DNA of 61,049 nucleotides, filler included, from Basidiobolus meristosporus CBS 931.73 (GCA_002104905.1; 3 parts of 3 records of this genome joined end to end with filler, not necessarily neighbours in it); one strand, 5' to 3'. Shown: positions 26,265 through 40,799, counted from the whole stretch's first letter. Made by a program: numbers and translations. The notes: a model not told the origin generated them from the letters alone.

Positions 26265-29200
26265 TGTTATTGTAAAACTTGTAAACCCACCTATATATCC
26301 AGCTCACTTGATCACTTAGATCATCATTGACAAATCTTAAAGAATGCCAATCAAACAACAGATTATGGGCCCTGAGCTGTCATGCTTTGGATTTTATACA
26401 GCTACTTTTGCCTCTATATTCCCATCTGCTAAAATCAAGTGGATCTACATCTAAGTCTGAAGGATGAAGTTAAAGATGCTGCTGCAGGAAAGAAGCCCAA
26501 AGGGTATTGTTATAGGAGAAGAATACCCTCCTAAAGGTGTAGGAGACAACACCTTAGAGCACTAGCAAAACAACTGAGCACCTTCAGCTGCCTTTGCCTA
26601 TATGTAAAAGACAGATTACAAATTCAATGCACATGGGCCACAATGTAAAGAATGCCTGGAAGGAATCAGAAGTCACCTGTGTTCAGCTGCCAGGAAAATA
26701 CATTATGTGCAGCAACTCCTTACCACATAGATGCTGCTGGTATAATAAATGAAAAATTAACTACCAAATTACCCAGTTGGTGTGTGAGATGGAGTCAGTC
26801 AGCATACAAACTAATGATGAAAGTAAAGTAGTTACCCTCCCAAATAGCCTGACAGACAAGCTTTGGGGCCTTGTGTCAGCCTCAAGGTCCAGAATTGAAA
26901 TTTGATATGAAACTTTATAGATGGATGGCTCCTTAGTGAGGAGTTAAGATAATCAAACACCAATCACAAGGAAGAAGAAAATGATTTAGTAAGCAATGAA
27001 AACTACCAAAAGTGGTACTGAAGACCTTCTGTAGTCCACATCAACCTATCTCACAGCACTGCCAAAGGGAAGAACACATATCTGACTGGTGCTTCAAGAA
27101 ATGAGGTAAATGGCAGAAAAAGCCTGCATATTGAAACACTGCAACCATTTAAAATCCTCCCAAAATACTTCATCAGATCATGACAACAATCTAATCTCTA
27201 GTGCACCAGCAGTCAGTATTGATTCAAGCAAATCAATGGAAATCTATCACTTCAAGGGAATCTGCAATCTTGATTTGACATGAATCACTGCTTAGCAGCA
27301 TCTCAGAAGTGATAACATTAGTATCACAAAGCAAAAGATCTAACCAGATTCAAAATAACCCAGATGATTATAGAAATGAGGGTACAAACTTGCCTTTGCC
27401 TATTCAGTCCATATGGATGAGCACCTGTTGGTGAGCAAGTCTGTAAATAATCCTCTGATAAGGTCTTAGAGAACTGTAATAAGTGCAGAACATGAGGCAC
27501 TGATGGAAAATCAAACTTTGGACTTAGACAAATCACCAATCCACCAATAACCAAGTGGATGCAGATGAGTTTTCAAGATAAAGTACAAGGCTGATAGTAT
27601 AGCTGTAAGATACAAAGAAAGAGTTGTAACAATAGGATACTGCCAAACAAAGTACCAAACTACACTGAAACCTTTGCTCTGGTAGCCAGGTTTAAGTTTC
27701 TGTCAGGTTGATACTGGCTATTGCAGCCAAGTATAAGTTTTGGTTCACCAAATGAATGCAAAAGCTGCATTCTTGAATGGCCAGCTTGATGTGGCAATGT
27801 AGCCTGGTGCATTTGTGGATCAGATAACACCACCTGGTCTGAAAGCTCAAAAGTCTCCTTATGGTTTCAAGCAATTACCAGAGAATGGATATGTAAGACC
27901 ATCTGCTATTTCAAGTCCCCAAGTTTCCAAAGCAGTACTTCAGACTATAGTATCTATACCAGGCCAGATAGAGCAAGTAATATTCTGTAAGCTCTATGTG
28001 TGGATGATCTTATTATAGCCACCAATAAGCAGATATATGAGAAGAAACCAAGTTGCTCCAATTGGTGGAGCTCAAATATCCAATCTAGGAGAACTAAGTT
28101 TCTACTTAAGAATAAAGATCTGCTTAGACAGAGGTACCTGGATTATCACCCTGAGCCAGTCCAGGTATACTGATAATATACTCAAGAAGTACCAAATGGA
28201 GTACTGTAATCTTGTTGCTACCCCAACTGTGACAAACCTTAGCTTGGTCAAGATTGAACCAAATCAAGAGTACTTGGTAACATCTGAAAGCCCAGAATTC
28301 CTTTACCAAATTATAATAGACAGTCTGATATAAATATGCTGGAAACATGTCCAGATTTCTGATATTCAGTGGTAGTTGTCAGCCATCATAATAAGAGCTA
28401 TGAATCTTGTTATATTCAGGCAGTTAAGTGGATTTTGGATACTGAAAGGAGCTGCTGTTATATGCTAAAAATATTCCTATAAGGACTCAGAGAAGGATCT
28501 TCTAGGAAACTCTGATGCTGACTGGGGTGTTGTGCATCAACATTTAAACTTAGCCAATTTCACTCTGTTAGAAAATCTGGCACCCTAACTGATTCTCCCT
28601 AGCCCAAGCATAACTAATCCCTGATATGGCTTATTTTATCACTTCCCAGAATCTATTTTTAGCTGTCACACCTTATCAATTTTCATGTGGTCATTATGTC
28701 CTCAACTGATCTGTTAAGCCTTTCCAAGTGATTAGTCATCTGAGATTTATCCAAGCACTTAGCAGTTGCCAAGACATCAGCTGATTAATGATACAATTTC
28801 TCATTTATCTTATACACCTATCAACACCCCAACAGATTCCAATTAGTCCAGTCTCTTGGTACTTACTAATTCAACTTGATCAGAAAAGTATAAATAAAGC
28901 TTACTAAGCCTTTTGGCTTAATGTGTGTCTCAACAAAATTAAGATTGTGTCTCAGCAAAACTAAGAATTCAACAATTCCATTCTAGTTTCTGCCCAAGCC
29001 TAGCATATCTTGCACACCCAATAACACCAAGCCTAGCCTGCATAGCTAACCAACTCTGTTGCCTTTATAGCCCAACTCAGCTTTATACAAGACTAATATT
29101 AGACCAGAACCTCTCTGCTAATATATCTGTCACTCTAGACAATTCTAAGATTCTGCACTTAGTTGTCACCAAGGTTCAGTTAACTCATTCACAAGTTTTA

Positions 29201-29480
29201 TTACACTTTTCTCTTGGATATAACATGGGGTAAGATTTACAAGGCAGAATGCCCTTCACACCATCAGCTACCCAAAGAATGAAATTCTCAGAGTTCTTCA
29301 ACCAGCCCCAAACTTTGCATACATACACTTAGGACCTTCCTTAACATACTCTACATGCTTGTTATGCCAATACTATGAAAAAGTATAAGTACTACTTTTA
29401 CGCTAAATAAATCATTAAGTAAAAACCATATAAACTACCAGTTTTCCCAATTGCTTCTGGATTCTTCAATACTTCTACCA
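26265..29480 (+). pseudogene. Heavily decayed, internally deleted copia copy
   Basis: Shortened LTR ending CAAACAACA at 26360, primer site GATTATGGGCCC, gag/RT remnants collinear with the intact copy, interrupted at the SDADWG motif by a solo LTR; LTR remnant about 29270-29480. Confidence 0.8.
28528..29225 (+). repeat. Solo LTR of the chromovirus family seen at 57989-60944
   Basis: 698 bp, TGTTG...TAACA, TSD TGGGG on both sides; collinear in reverse with 57989-58685. Confidence 0.92.
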
Positions 29481-29689
29481 CTGAAAATGTTCCAAATGTC
29501 TTTTGAACAAGTCTTTAGAATGAGAAGACCTCCATGTGGGATCTCAACCATATATCAGTAATAGCTACTTATAACAAGTGAATTGCAGTGTGCCAACAAA
29601 GGAGCTGCTCTATGGCTTATGTAATAACCAATATCAGAATAATTGATGATAATAGTAATGCAGAATGACTATCAGAGTTTTTGCCCTGG

Positions 29690-30450
29690 GATTATAGAGC
29701 TCATGCACTGTAAAGAGGCATTTCCTTTGATTTCACAGATGAGGTAGCTATATGTAGGAGATGGGCAAAGGATTGTCATGTTGCTTGTTGACTTTTCATA
29801 GGATTTGGCGGATCAAAAGTTGTGTAGTATTGAAGCCACCAAGGTGCACTTAGTAATATGGTGCTAATGAGGTGATTATTAAGCTCAATTGGCTGTAGCT
29901 ACGAGAATGTTAGTTTAAGTGAGCCAGATATAGTTTATGTACAGTCCTACAAGTACCTGGTGTGATAATAACTCTTATATGATTTGGCTTTCAGGGATGA
30001 TGAATGAAGTCTTTCTGCTGACTCATTGCAGCAAACTTGTAGCACTATTCCAGCTAATTATAGTGCTGCAAACTACCAGGTTGGGATTAAAATAGGCATG
30101 CAGGTGATACCAAGTTACATCATATCTTAAAGGCCATCATGGATTGAAAGTACACCTATGTATGACTGAAGCAGGAACACAACAACTACTGGGAGCTAGT
30201 ATATAGCCTGCTAGCTAGCAAAGAAATTTTATGCTACCTGAGCAATACTTTTATGATATAAACCCTGCTCCAGAGGTTTCTGAGATTTTTAAAGTCCATC
30301 TGTAACACATAGTTATCCTTAGCATCTTTTTGATAAACTATAGGATTTGCAAAAGATTAGAATAACCAACTTAATTGATAGTAGTAAGCTCTAGTCTGAG
30401 TGAGCTCTAGCTATGGTAACAATAGATACACACTATGAATCACTTTATTA
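29690..30450 (+). pseudogene. Possible very old LINE RT remnant
   Basis: Only short motif traces: TDEVAI (ADD-like) near 29735 and SYKYL near 29944. Boundaries uncertain. Confidence 0.3.
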
Positions 30451-31281
30451 TATTGAAGAATCTGATAGAATATATGATAGGTGAATATTGGTCAATACGT
30501 ATATGCTGTGGGCACTTAGGGTGCCTAGAGCCTAGATATGCCCGCATTCTAGATATTGCAACATTCTGGTTAGAGAATCATCATAGATTAGCCTTGCATG
30601 TGGCTCGCTAAAGACCAAGAATGGCTGAAATATAAGCTACCCAAAGTTTCAAATATGCACGAAAGACCCCCACGTGCGCACCACTTCAGAAGGAATTTGT
30701 CAGGGCATCCCTTTCACTGTGCTAGCAAAGTTTGCACAGAAGTATGAGTACTTGACTTCATCTTTAAACCGACCAACGCGAAACCTTGCTGGAGAGGTAT
30801 ATGGTTTTTGTATACAGTGAGACCAAGAATTCATGCTTTATAGTGTTTGGATTCCATTGAAGAGTTCGATTACTTTGACACTGGTATGAATCTATTGAGC
30901 AACTGTTAACTCGATGCTACCGCCAAAGCGCCAATGCCGGTATGATTTAAAAGGCTAGAAATTGAACAACACCAATGCAGACGGGAAACCAAGGAAACTA
31001 GAGTGAGCTACCAATGGGTAAATGAGCGATGAGGGAATAGCCAACATGGCTATTAGCATCCACATATGTATGGTCAGTCTTCACAGAGATGGCCCATTTG
31101 CTAGGCACAAGGTACTTGGGTCATAGCCTAGCCGAGGGAAGTTGGGCTGCGGATTATCAATAATTATTGTACAGTATTAGAGAGAGGGGGAGGGGGTGGA
31201 GGGTTACCAGGGTATCATGGGGGGGGTGAGTTTAAAGGGGTTTCTATACACAACCGCTGTACAATTTCTCTTCCGGCCAGG

Positions 31282-34200
31282 TTAGCGTGAAAATTGCGAG
31301 GATGCGGGACTCAGTGGGCCTGGGGACCCGTAGCGGAGCTCCTTTCTCAGGAACATCATTTCCTTCTCCGCTCTGCTGAGCCTAGATTTCATATCGATCT
31401 GATGGTTGAGGTCAGCGCTGGTACGGACAGAGGCGCCCTTATAGTCAGAATGGTCAGCCTGGTGGAATGCGGGTGGTTCGCCCTAAACGTTTACCTACCT
31501 GGTCGGTACTAGGATCCCCGGCTTTCCGGTGAAAAGTCAGCGTCTCCTGCAGCGAACGTACGTGTGCTTGCAACATCTGACATTCCTCGGTTTTTTCCGC
31601 CAGATTGGCTTCCAGTCTAACCAGCTTGCTGCGCTTGTCCTGCTGCTCGAGTCGAAGGCTGTCTTTAAGCGTGCGTATCTGATTCTGAAAGGATTTGGAC
31701 ATCTCTTTCTCGGACTGGAAGTCCACCTCTAGCTGACGTGTGGCCTGACGATTTCGATGGGTTACCTGTGAGTTACAAACAGATGAGGGGGGGGGGAAGG
31801 GGAACCACTACCGACCTCATTGAGCATGATTAGTTTGCGGCGTAACTCGTTGTTGTCTTGAACGAGCAGGTTCTTCTCTCGCGTGAGCGCCATGATTTTG
31901 TTCATTTTGGTCTGGAGATCGTACTCTAGTTGGCAGATCTTCTCCGTGCTCATGGTGTACTCATCATCCTTGACCTGGATAAGGTCCCGGATCTTCGCCT
32001 CGAGGCTCTCCAACATCAGGTTTCTCTGTCGCAGGCTGCTGTTCTTTTCGTGGGCTTCTTGAAGTCTCCTTCGGAATTGCTGATTCTCCTGGGCCAACGC
32101 TTGTTTCTCGTGCTTTAGCTTCTCCAGCTCCTGGTGATCTTGTCGAACGCTTCGAACCTCTTGACGTGAGAGCTCGTGGAAGGCTGGCTGGCTTCGAGTC
32201 TCGAATGCTGACTGGCGACGCTGCAATTTGGGAGGCGCTTTGTTGAAGAGATCGGCGGCAGGGTTGCCTTCTATGAGGTTAGGTCCATTGGGTAGTTTAC
32301 CCAAGGCTCCGCCTGATGAACTGGGTCTCGTACTTTGCAGCTGATGGATGATCTCCTGAACGTCCTCGATCAGGCCGGACTGATTGCGGATCAACGTCTT
32401 CAAGGAGGTGAACAATCGAGTGATCTGATCTCGATCGACTGGCTTGGCGCTACTGCGCGAGTCGTCCGAAAGCACCTCCGTGTTGCGAGTGGATTCGGCC
32501 GAATCCGGCGAAAGTGTGACCTGGATCTCCGTTAGGAGTTGGAAGTCCGCCTCGAGCATGGCTTTGACTGCATGGATTTGTAGCAGCAATGCGTGGACCA
32601 AGTCTTGGCTTACTGCACCACCATCCTCGCTGGGCAACCTGTCCTGGTTTGCCGAAGCTGGCCCGCCCATGTCATCGCCAGTGGGTGTCCCGGCGTTTGG
32701 ACCCATGGCCTTACGAGGGGTGCTGAGGAACTCCTTTCGCTCGTTGACCAACTCGCTGTTCTCATCCACCAGCCGATTCATCTCTTTGGCTAGTCTATCT
32801 CTGTCAGTCTTGAGTACCCGGCAGTCCTCCTGCAGACTCGTGTTCAGCTGAGAAAGCTTCATCATCTCGTCACGCATCTGATCGATGTCGGCGAATAGCG
32901 AGGCGAATCCCTCCGATTCGAGCGTAGAGTCTAGGGGATTCTTGGCTCCGGTGTATGGTTCATTCGAGAAAGATGGATAGGGGATCAATGACTCTTGGTT
33001 CACGGAATCGCTTGGCGTGGGCGGAGCAATGCTTTGGCTCTGACGCCTACTGGCACTCTCTTTGCGGTCAAGCTCTTGCGACAATTGCTCCACGTCGTAC
33101 TCCAGTTTACGCGCGTAATTGATCAACTCCTGACGGTCACTCTCAAGGTGGTCGATCTGACGCTGGTAATTGTCCGCGTCCGCGTCCGTGATCGCACCGG
33201 ACACGGCCTCCTGCTCGGTCTTGACATCGGTGTGCTCCACCAGGTCCGTCTCGGCCTGATTCTCGAGTTCGCTCGCGTAGCTCGCCCACAAATCTCGATT
33301 GCTACCCATGTCGCTTAGTTGCAAGTGGAGGTTCTGGTTTTCGTTTTGGAGGTGCTCGTTGCTGATCACGATGTCGTCCCAGAGTCGGTTGAAGCGCTGC
33401 TCCTGGTCTGCCAGTCGTTGCTCGTAGATCTTCTGGATTCGGGCGAATGTGGGGGCGTTGAGACTCCTGGACGCGTGTCTGGAGCCAGGACCGGCGGATT
33501 TGGTGAGCTCCGTCTCCACCTCTTGAACCGAATTCCTCCAGAACTCCACTTTGCTGCGGAGCTCCTCGTTCACCTCCACCAACACATCGATCTCTTCCTC
33601 GAGCGTCCTTCTGTCCTCGTGAAGGCTGTCGATCCGCTCCGCCTCCTGTGACAAGACCTCATTCAGCTCCTCGATGGACTTCTGCAGGCTGTCGTAATGC
33701 CGCTCGAGCGACTCGTGCTGCGCTTCCAACGCCTCGACCTCTGTCCGCAGGCTCTCCTCCTCCGCTCTTCTGTCTCGGATCTGGGTGGAGAAGAGTTCGG
33801 ATTGCTCCGCGAGTTGGAGGGAGGTTTTCGAGTATTCTTCCCGGGCAGATTTCACCCGAGACTCCAGGGAGTTGGCGTCCGCCATGATCTCGGAGAGTTC
33901 CTTGGCCAGGCGGGATTTCTCCTCCACCGCTGCGGTCACCTTCTTATGGAACTGGTCAATCTCCTGGTTCAACTCGGTGCACTGCTGCCGCAAGGAATCC
34001 CGTTTGTTGGTCAGCCTTTCAAGAACCGTCTCGTTGGTCAGCTACATGGAAACAGTTGAGCGAACGATATCCAGGGGAGGAGGGGGTATGTGTGGTGGGA
34101 CCATTGCTTACCTCGGAATAAACCGTCAGCTGCTTCTCCAACCGATCGCATCTGCTCCGGAGCTCGTCTCGCTCCTCCTCCAAGTCCAGATAGGCGATCT

Positions 34201-35488
34201 CATTCTCCACCGCCCGGATCTCCAGGTCTTTCTTCTCCACCTCAAGGCTCTCGAGCCGATCCCTCGACTCCGAGAGCTGAACGGCCATTTTGTTGAGCGA
34301 GTTGCCGTGGGATCGGAGCTGACTCTTCGTGTCGTTCAACTGATCCTCTAGATCCCACTTCTCTCGTTCCAGGTTCTCAATCTCCTCCGCATGCTCCACA
34401 TCTCGACGTCTAAGGGATTTCTCAACCTTCTGTTCGAAGGATGTTTTCCACCGAAGTACCTCCTCCTCAAGGGACTTGACCGACTCCCGGAGCATCTGCT
34501 TCTCCGTGTCGACCTGAAGCAGGTAGGAATCCGACCTCACCTTGGCGTCGAGGGAGATCAACGCCTGGGTCAGCGCCTCCTGGAGCCAGGCCATCTCCTC
34601 TTTGCAGTGATCGATTTCTCGACGGGTGGCGAGTTGGTCCGCCTCGTATTTCTCCAGTATCCGGTCCCGCTGCTCCTGGACCGCGGCTATCTCCTCTCGG
34701 TAGCTGTACTCCCGTTTGTCGAAGGAGGTTTTCTGCTGGTGCTTCTCTTCCATTAAACGGTCCACCTCTCCCCTCAGTCCCTGAATCTCCTTGACCCAGG
34801 AGGGAGGGGCACCCTCCTCTACCCATGGATGCCCACTGGCTTGTGGGATGGGTGATAGGGACGGTGAGATGGAAGAAGGAGAAAGGACGGAAACTCCGGC
34901 CGAAGCATCCTCCTCTACCTCCTTGATCTACACGACAAACAAACCGTCACTTAATGGACCCGAGGGGGTGAGTGTGCATAACCACCAGGGCTAACACTTA
35001 CCGAACTCTCCGTGGGCTGTCGAAAGGGGCCGGGGAACTTCCCGAAGTGAATAGTCCTGAAAGAAACGGTGCCGAACCCTTTAGTACCCCGGTTCACAAC
35101 ATACATCTCCCCCATCTATCGACTCACCTTCTCCTCGGGAGCTTTTCCGTCTCGTACGTGGGGACATTCCGGAACCTAAGCTCGTCTAGGCTGGCGGAGG
35201 TCGCGAGGAAAGAAAAACGGGTTCAGTGTCTAGGTTGGTGTTGGAGCGGGGAGAGAGAGGGAAGGGGGAGGATCCTGGCTGCGGCGGGTGAGTGGGGTTG
35301 TGTGGAAGGAAAGGACTTTACATTTTGGAGGTAACCTGATTGGTTCCTGGCGAGGTTGGACCGGACAGAAATGCTTTGTTTGGGGTGAGTGGTCTCGTAG
35401 GGGCAGCCCGAGGGGCCGGTTCGTTGGTGGGATTTCGAAAGAGCCCCAGTAAGGTGCCAAGGCTTGTCCCGTCTTCTTCACCGCCCAT
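31282..35488 (-). CDS. Host gene: ~1240-aa long coiled-coil protein, family not recognised (7 exons)
   Basis: Exons 35488-35322, 35190-35128, 35056-35002, 34927-34112, 34041-31816, 31765-31499, 31398(or 31437)-31282 joined by GT-AG introns of about 50-131 bp give one continuous frame. E/Q/K/L/R-rich heptad sequence; GC- and CpG-rich unlike the flanks. Confidence 0.85.
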
Positions 35489-36858
35489 AGCGTCGGGATG
35501 GTCGAGGAAGATACGAGTTGTCAAAGTCGAAAGTTAAGGGGTGGGGGTAAGTTTATGCGGGCGTGGGTATTTAAGGTGGAATTAGGTTGGTGGTGGGGGA
35601 AGGGAATTGGAGGTGAGCGCGGACCGAATGCTTACAGTCGAAGGGCGAGGTCGTGGTAGCAGTTGTTCAATCGCTGGTGGAGACAAAGTCGAGCCAAAAA
35701 TATCAAAACCGACTTCTAAAGCTATAGAAGGCAAATGCATACACCAAGTCAAAGCCTCCAAAGGGCGAAATTGTGGACGCCACTAGAGAGGGGAATGGAA
35801 GTGGATGTGAAAGCGAATGTGAATGTGAATGCGAATGTGACCTACGGGTAATCGCTTAATGTGGGAAGAGTGTCACCAAATTCGGATGCGATCTGAGTCC
35901 AAATCCTCGCCCGTCTGGATCCCGGTGGTGGATCATTGTTTCCTGGACCCGCCGAAAAAAACCCACGAAAACAATGGCCCTCGCTGCACCCAAATCCGCA
36001 TTGTTGTATGTCGAGTGAAAGATGCACCCTTCTTTCACTGAAACGGCCGGGTGCATATGCCGATTAATCTATTCATTGGCCCCGCTCAGTAATGGCCCAT
36101 CTCATCCCCAATTGGTGTAACAGTAGTGGATCCTCGGAACGATCTGGTTGTCAGGATCCTTGGGATAGGGTTTCGAATTGTTGCTTCATTGTTAGTTGAT
36201 GATGAAGAGGGTTGTTTCTATGTTTGATGGATGTCTGGTCAATGGGCGCCCAATTACCATCGATCTGCTTGTCAACCGAGGCCACATGTTTGGTTGAAGC
36301 AACTATCTTTCGATCCATCCTTAGAAGATGATCAACACATCACAATCCGTTTCAAACTGGTCCCCAGTGTGGAACAGTATTCTATTCTTGGAAAGTAAAT
36401 AAGGTAAGGCAGACAGGATATCTACAAATTGATCCACCCATAGTGGAGATGGTCATCAGATTTTGGAGTTCTGTATTGCACTAATTGATTCTTGCACTGG
36501 GTGACTAGTTCAAGATAAAACTAATCAGTGCATTTCCCCATTGCTTCAGTTGCAAGCCAACTGACCTTTGCCCTCACCCCTACAACTCTATGCTTAGGTT
36601 ATTATGGTATTTTTTGCTTTACCAAAGAGCCAAAATATACCATTTGTTCAACCCCACTGTACTACAGTCTATTAAAGTAACAAATGCCACCAGTAATATG
36701 GCTGGTATGGTGAAGTCAAGGTATGGTATTGGGGATGCTCTTTGTAGATTATCTCACAAATAAATTAACTGGTTGGAGTAAGGTGTATTAATACACTAAT
36801 ATACTGCTGAATACTTAGTGCATTTAAGATTGCTATACTGATACATTAGTCTGCCAGG

Positions 36859-37370
36859 CCCTATGAAAGATAAGTTGGTCCCCCAGTTGGATCTAATCCT
36901 GTCTGGCCATCAAGATTATGTCAAGATACTTAACATCAACTGAACATTGGAGTTCCTTTTCTACTTGACCAAGTCCCGGTGTTATTGAGGCATTTGACAG
37001 TTCAGTTGATATGAATTGTCTACTGTGAAAAAAAACTTGGCAGTGTTTGGACAACCTTATAGTGGCCAACTACTTTTTCTCTATAAGGCCACTACCAATT
37101 TGCCCAACATTATAATATTTTCTACCTCTCCATATGCACCCAAATCCTTGCACTGTAAATTTGCTCCTATTTATTGCACCCCCTTTTCCTGTAGGTATAT
37201 CATATTCAGTACAAGTAAAGAAACTGTAGTCTCTTGCTTACTTACCTTATCATACCCATACATTTGCTGCAATTGACATACTTTTAATGCCTGAACTACA
37301 AAGCATTTTGGTATGATGCCTGCACAGTAGACATATGCCCTGTATTGCTGGTAAAATAAACACAATCAAA
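36859..37370 (-). mobile_element. Family X terminal fragment with transposase C-terminal remnant
   Basis: CCCTATGAAAGATAA terminus; YQQYRAY segment parallels YQQYKVY at 37963-38283; cut by new termini at 37371 and 37413. Confidence 0.7.
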
Positions 37371-37699
37371 CCCTATGCAAAATCTCAAACTTGGAGTTCA
37401 GCTAATAATCTGCCCTATGAAAAATAATTTGGTCCCACAGGTGGATCCAATCCAGATCAACCGTCAGGATCCAATTTAAAGACCATCCTAATACCAGCAG
37501 CTTTGAGTTAGTGACCCTCTTGACAATCTTATAATGGGATCATGGCGGTGTTTTGCTAATTTTACTACTAAATAAAGGGATAAAACTTGACAAGATTTGA
37601 TTGGTGCTGTGACAATAATTGCATAGTATTGTTGCGGTCTTTTAGCACACTACAACTATTTTAAGTGGAACCAACCAGCCATGACATTCAATTGCCTTA

Positions 37700-40577
37700 T
37701 ATGGCAAGAAACTTGACGGTATTTTGATGGCCTCACAGCAAGATGCTTATGGCATTATATCAACATTATGATGGCCTACAGCTGGTTCTGTATAATGCTA
37801 CCTTACCAATTTACCAAATGATATTTCCTTTTTCTACCTCCCTTTGTGCAATTCATATATTCCACTGTAGAATCACCCCTCTTTATTTGCTTACCCACTA
37901 CTACCTGGGGTATTCCACGTATAGTTTGAGTCAAAAAAAACTATGGCCTCCTGCATACTAACCTATACAAACACACACACCTGCCGCAATTGATTTACTT
38001 CTATCTCCTCAACTTTATGGCTTTTTAGTGTGATACTTGCAAAGTTGCCATATACCTTGTACTGCTGGTAACATATACATCTTGAAAACATATGCTTGGT
38101 TGTTGCCACTTCTGTTATGAATACCTCCTGGATATCCACAAAGAACTTCTTGGTGTTTAGCCAGCATATTCCTTCACCCTGCTGGATTCTAGTCCCCCTT
38201 GTAGGTGTGCTCTGGCTTTTGTTTGTGTGAATTCTGTATTCAATGGTGTAGAAGTTGGCTTGTGACCAAGAGAAATCCAGCACACCTTAGTAGAGTTTTC
38301 CTAATAAGAATTAGTTGCTTGTTGCACCCAACCCAACTTTGCATTACTTAACTGATTACCCATGCATTGGGGCTGCTTAGCTTCTTAATGCCATAGGCAT
38401 AGGTATCTCCATGTGCACATTTGTCCTAAGTGTTTTCTAGCTCTTCCTAGCTGTCCTCTATGTGCCAACTCATCACATCCATGACAGACTTGAAGGTAAT
38501 ATTCTTGATGAGATTGGGATATGGTAGTACCTGCAACTTGACTTGTCTTCCTATCTCTCCACACATCCACTCCATAGAAAACTCCCAAAAGGTGAAGCAA
38601 GGCCCAATACTCTCCACACAGTTTGCAAGATGAGGTAGAGAATGGATACAGTAGCAGCAGAGATTGACATATTCAGCTCCATGTTTGTAGTATAGCTGCT
38701 CAAATCCCATCACAAACTCCTCACACAACAGCTGTAGATGTGTCAAGTTGGCATTGGTGATCTGCTTCTGGATAAATATTCCTACAATGCTCATATATGA
38801 CTCCTAATACTTTCAATTTACTCTTGGTAGGAATGGCTTCAGAATGCTACTTGAATAAATATGTATCCAGTTCATCCAGTCTTTGCATTTATATTGTTGC
38901 ATATGTGTATGAATGTTAATTGGGACTTGTGGTAAGTACTTAGGGTAGCAGATACTCTGCAATATCTTGCCAATTCTATTAAATTTCTCTGGTATCTCAA
39001 AGGGCTCATTTAGCTTGAAATGCCCCATGTACAACTTGGTCATCGCTATAGGGATATTGTTAGAAAGCAAGTGTATTGCTCCCAGTGGAAAGCTTTTGCT
39101 CCAACAGATACCCTCTATCTTGGTATCTTGGGTTTCCAATTGATTTCATATTCTGGCCAATGGCTTATAGCTTGCCAACTTTGCTGCAACTGCATGCTGA
39201 CTTCTGGACATTCTCTCTGCAGAAAGATGATGTTCTAAGTGCTGGTGTTTGGGTAATAGTAATGTGTGAGAGTTATGGAGTAAATCCCCTGGATCTCACA
39301 CATTTGACAGCAATACCATCTATTGTGCTCACAAACACCTGCTATCCTGCTGATTGCCAGGGTATCTCAAATGCAGATGATAATATGCACTTTTACATGA
39401 TGGCCATTTACTTTTATCCTGCTGGAAAGCATACAAAATTTATCTAGCAATGGATACAGGTAGCTGTCCAGGTTGGACAGTGATTTAGGCCCCAATACCA
39501 GTGAGACTACCATCAGATTATTGCTCTGATATGGTAAGATGGGTGGCAGAATCAGATTGATGAGAATCAGTGGCCAGCAGGATTTGCTGGTAGAGTACTT
39601 GTTCAATGAGAATCTGTCAAATACTAAGGCAAAGGCATGATCATATATACCTTCCAAGTAGCCATTGTTCTTAGCTGTTTGTAACGTTTGCCATCAAATA
39701 TATTGGATATGTTTGTACTTAATTTGTACAAGTACAGTACTGTATAGCTTTGCAGTATTTGTTGGACTCCATCAGCTTCCTCAGACAGGGTATTACCAGA
39801 ATATATCCAGAGTGTGAACAATGTTTTCCTTCAATGGTGGTGGATTCCTGACAACATGAACATGTTGCAGTGGTAGCATTTTTGGATGTCAATGCTATGC
39901 AACTGTTAACACATGCTGGAATCAGGACAGTTTCTGGGTCATATGTTGCAAGCCAGATGATGGTTCTCCACTTGTACCATGTACATGGTAAGTTGCATCC
40001 CGGTTTGATTTTGGCAAGAAGTAGTAATAAATCCTCAAAGCCCCATTACAGATATTAGTGGAAACATGCCACTTCTCTAGCCACAACATTACATCATTCA
40101 CCAGTAGATGGATAACTGGACTCTTTTGGCTCCATAAAGTTTCCTTGGCATTTGTTTCAACAGGTGTTGTCTCATTGCATATAGGGATTTGACCAGGCTC
40201 ATATATGGTACTGTTGTTAGGGGAGATAGGCTCAAGATCCATCAGTTATCCTTCTTTGTCAGAGCTATCACTCTGCATGCCATATGCAGAAGGCTGAGGT
40301 GAGCCTAAAGGTATTAAAATTCACCTGACTCAGTTTGCGCAAGGTGACAAAGACAGCCAGGTGCTGAAATAGAAGTATCAACTGGCTGGCAAGATAATGT
40401 TGGTACAGTTGTGACCAATGAATGGTCAAATATGACTTGTGTGGCAAAACACTGGCCATGATCCTTGTAATACTTCCTATGCTGTCTGCGTGCTTTATGG
40501 CTGAGAGCCTTGCCACAATAGCCACATGGTCTTTTTTCTCTTCTCTTATGGCAATGAGTCAAAGTAGTCTTGTCCAT
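37700..40577 (-). pseudogene. Transposase_21/Tnp2-type (CACTA) transposase, decayed
   Basis: N-terminal CGYCGK...H; SCWPLILINLILPP...VLGPKSLSNLDSYLYPLLD (Tnp2 core); HSLPHLANCVESIGPCFTFWEFSMEWMCG (DUF4218-like). Left boundary approximate. Confidence 0.88.
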
Positions 40578-40799
40578 GGGGCAAACAGTTTGACCTACAA
40601 CAATGTAACACTATTATATCACTTTTTGGACAATACTCATGTGAACTTAAGACAGTCTTGTATTTGAGACATTGCACCTACTTGAATGTAAGATTGAATG
40701 ATGACCTACCATAGTAAGCATTATAAATTAAGTTGTGGCACCACATACACATGTATAAGCAGCACTATTTCCCCTTTGGGTTAACTCACTTTCATATAT

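Noticed and set aside
34519-34545. 27-nt in-frame GT...AG segment in exon 4 as a micro-intron
   Set aside because: Much shorter than the other introns (50 bp or more) and open in frame; cannot be supported without transcripts.
31294-35537. Many overlapping plus-strand and alternate-frame ORFs over the host gene
   Set aside because: Antisense shadows expected in GC-rich coding DNA; no motifs.
35815-35840. (GAATGY)4 microsatellite upstream of the host gene
   Set aside because: Ordinary short repeat; no evidence of function.
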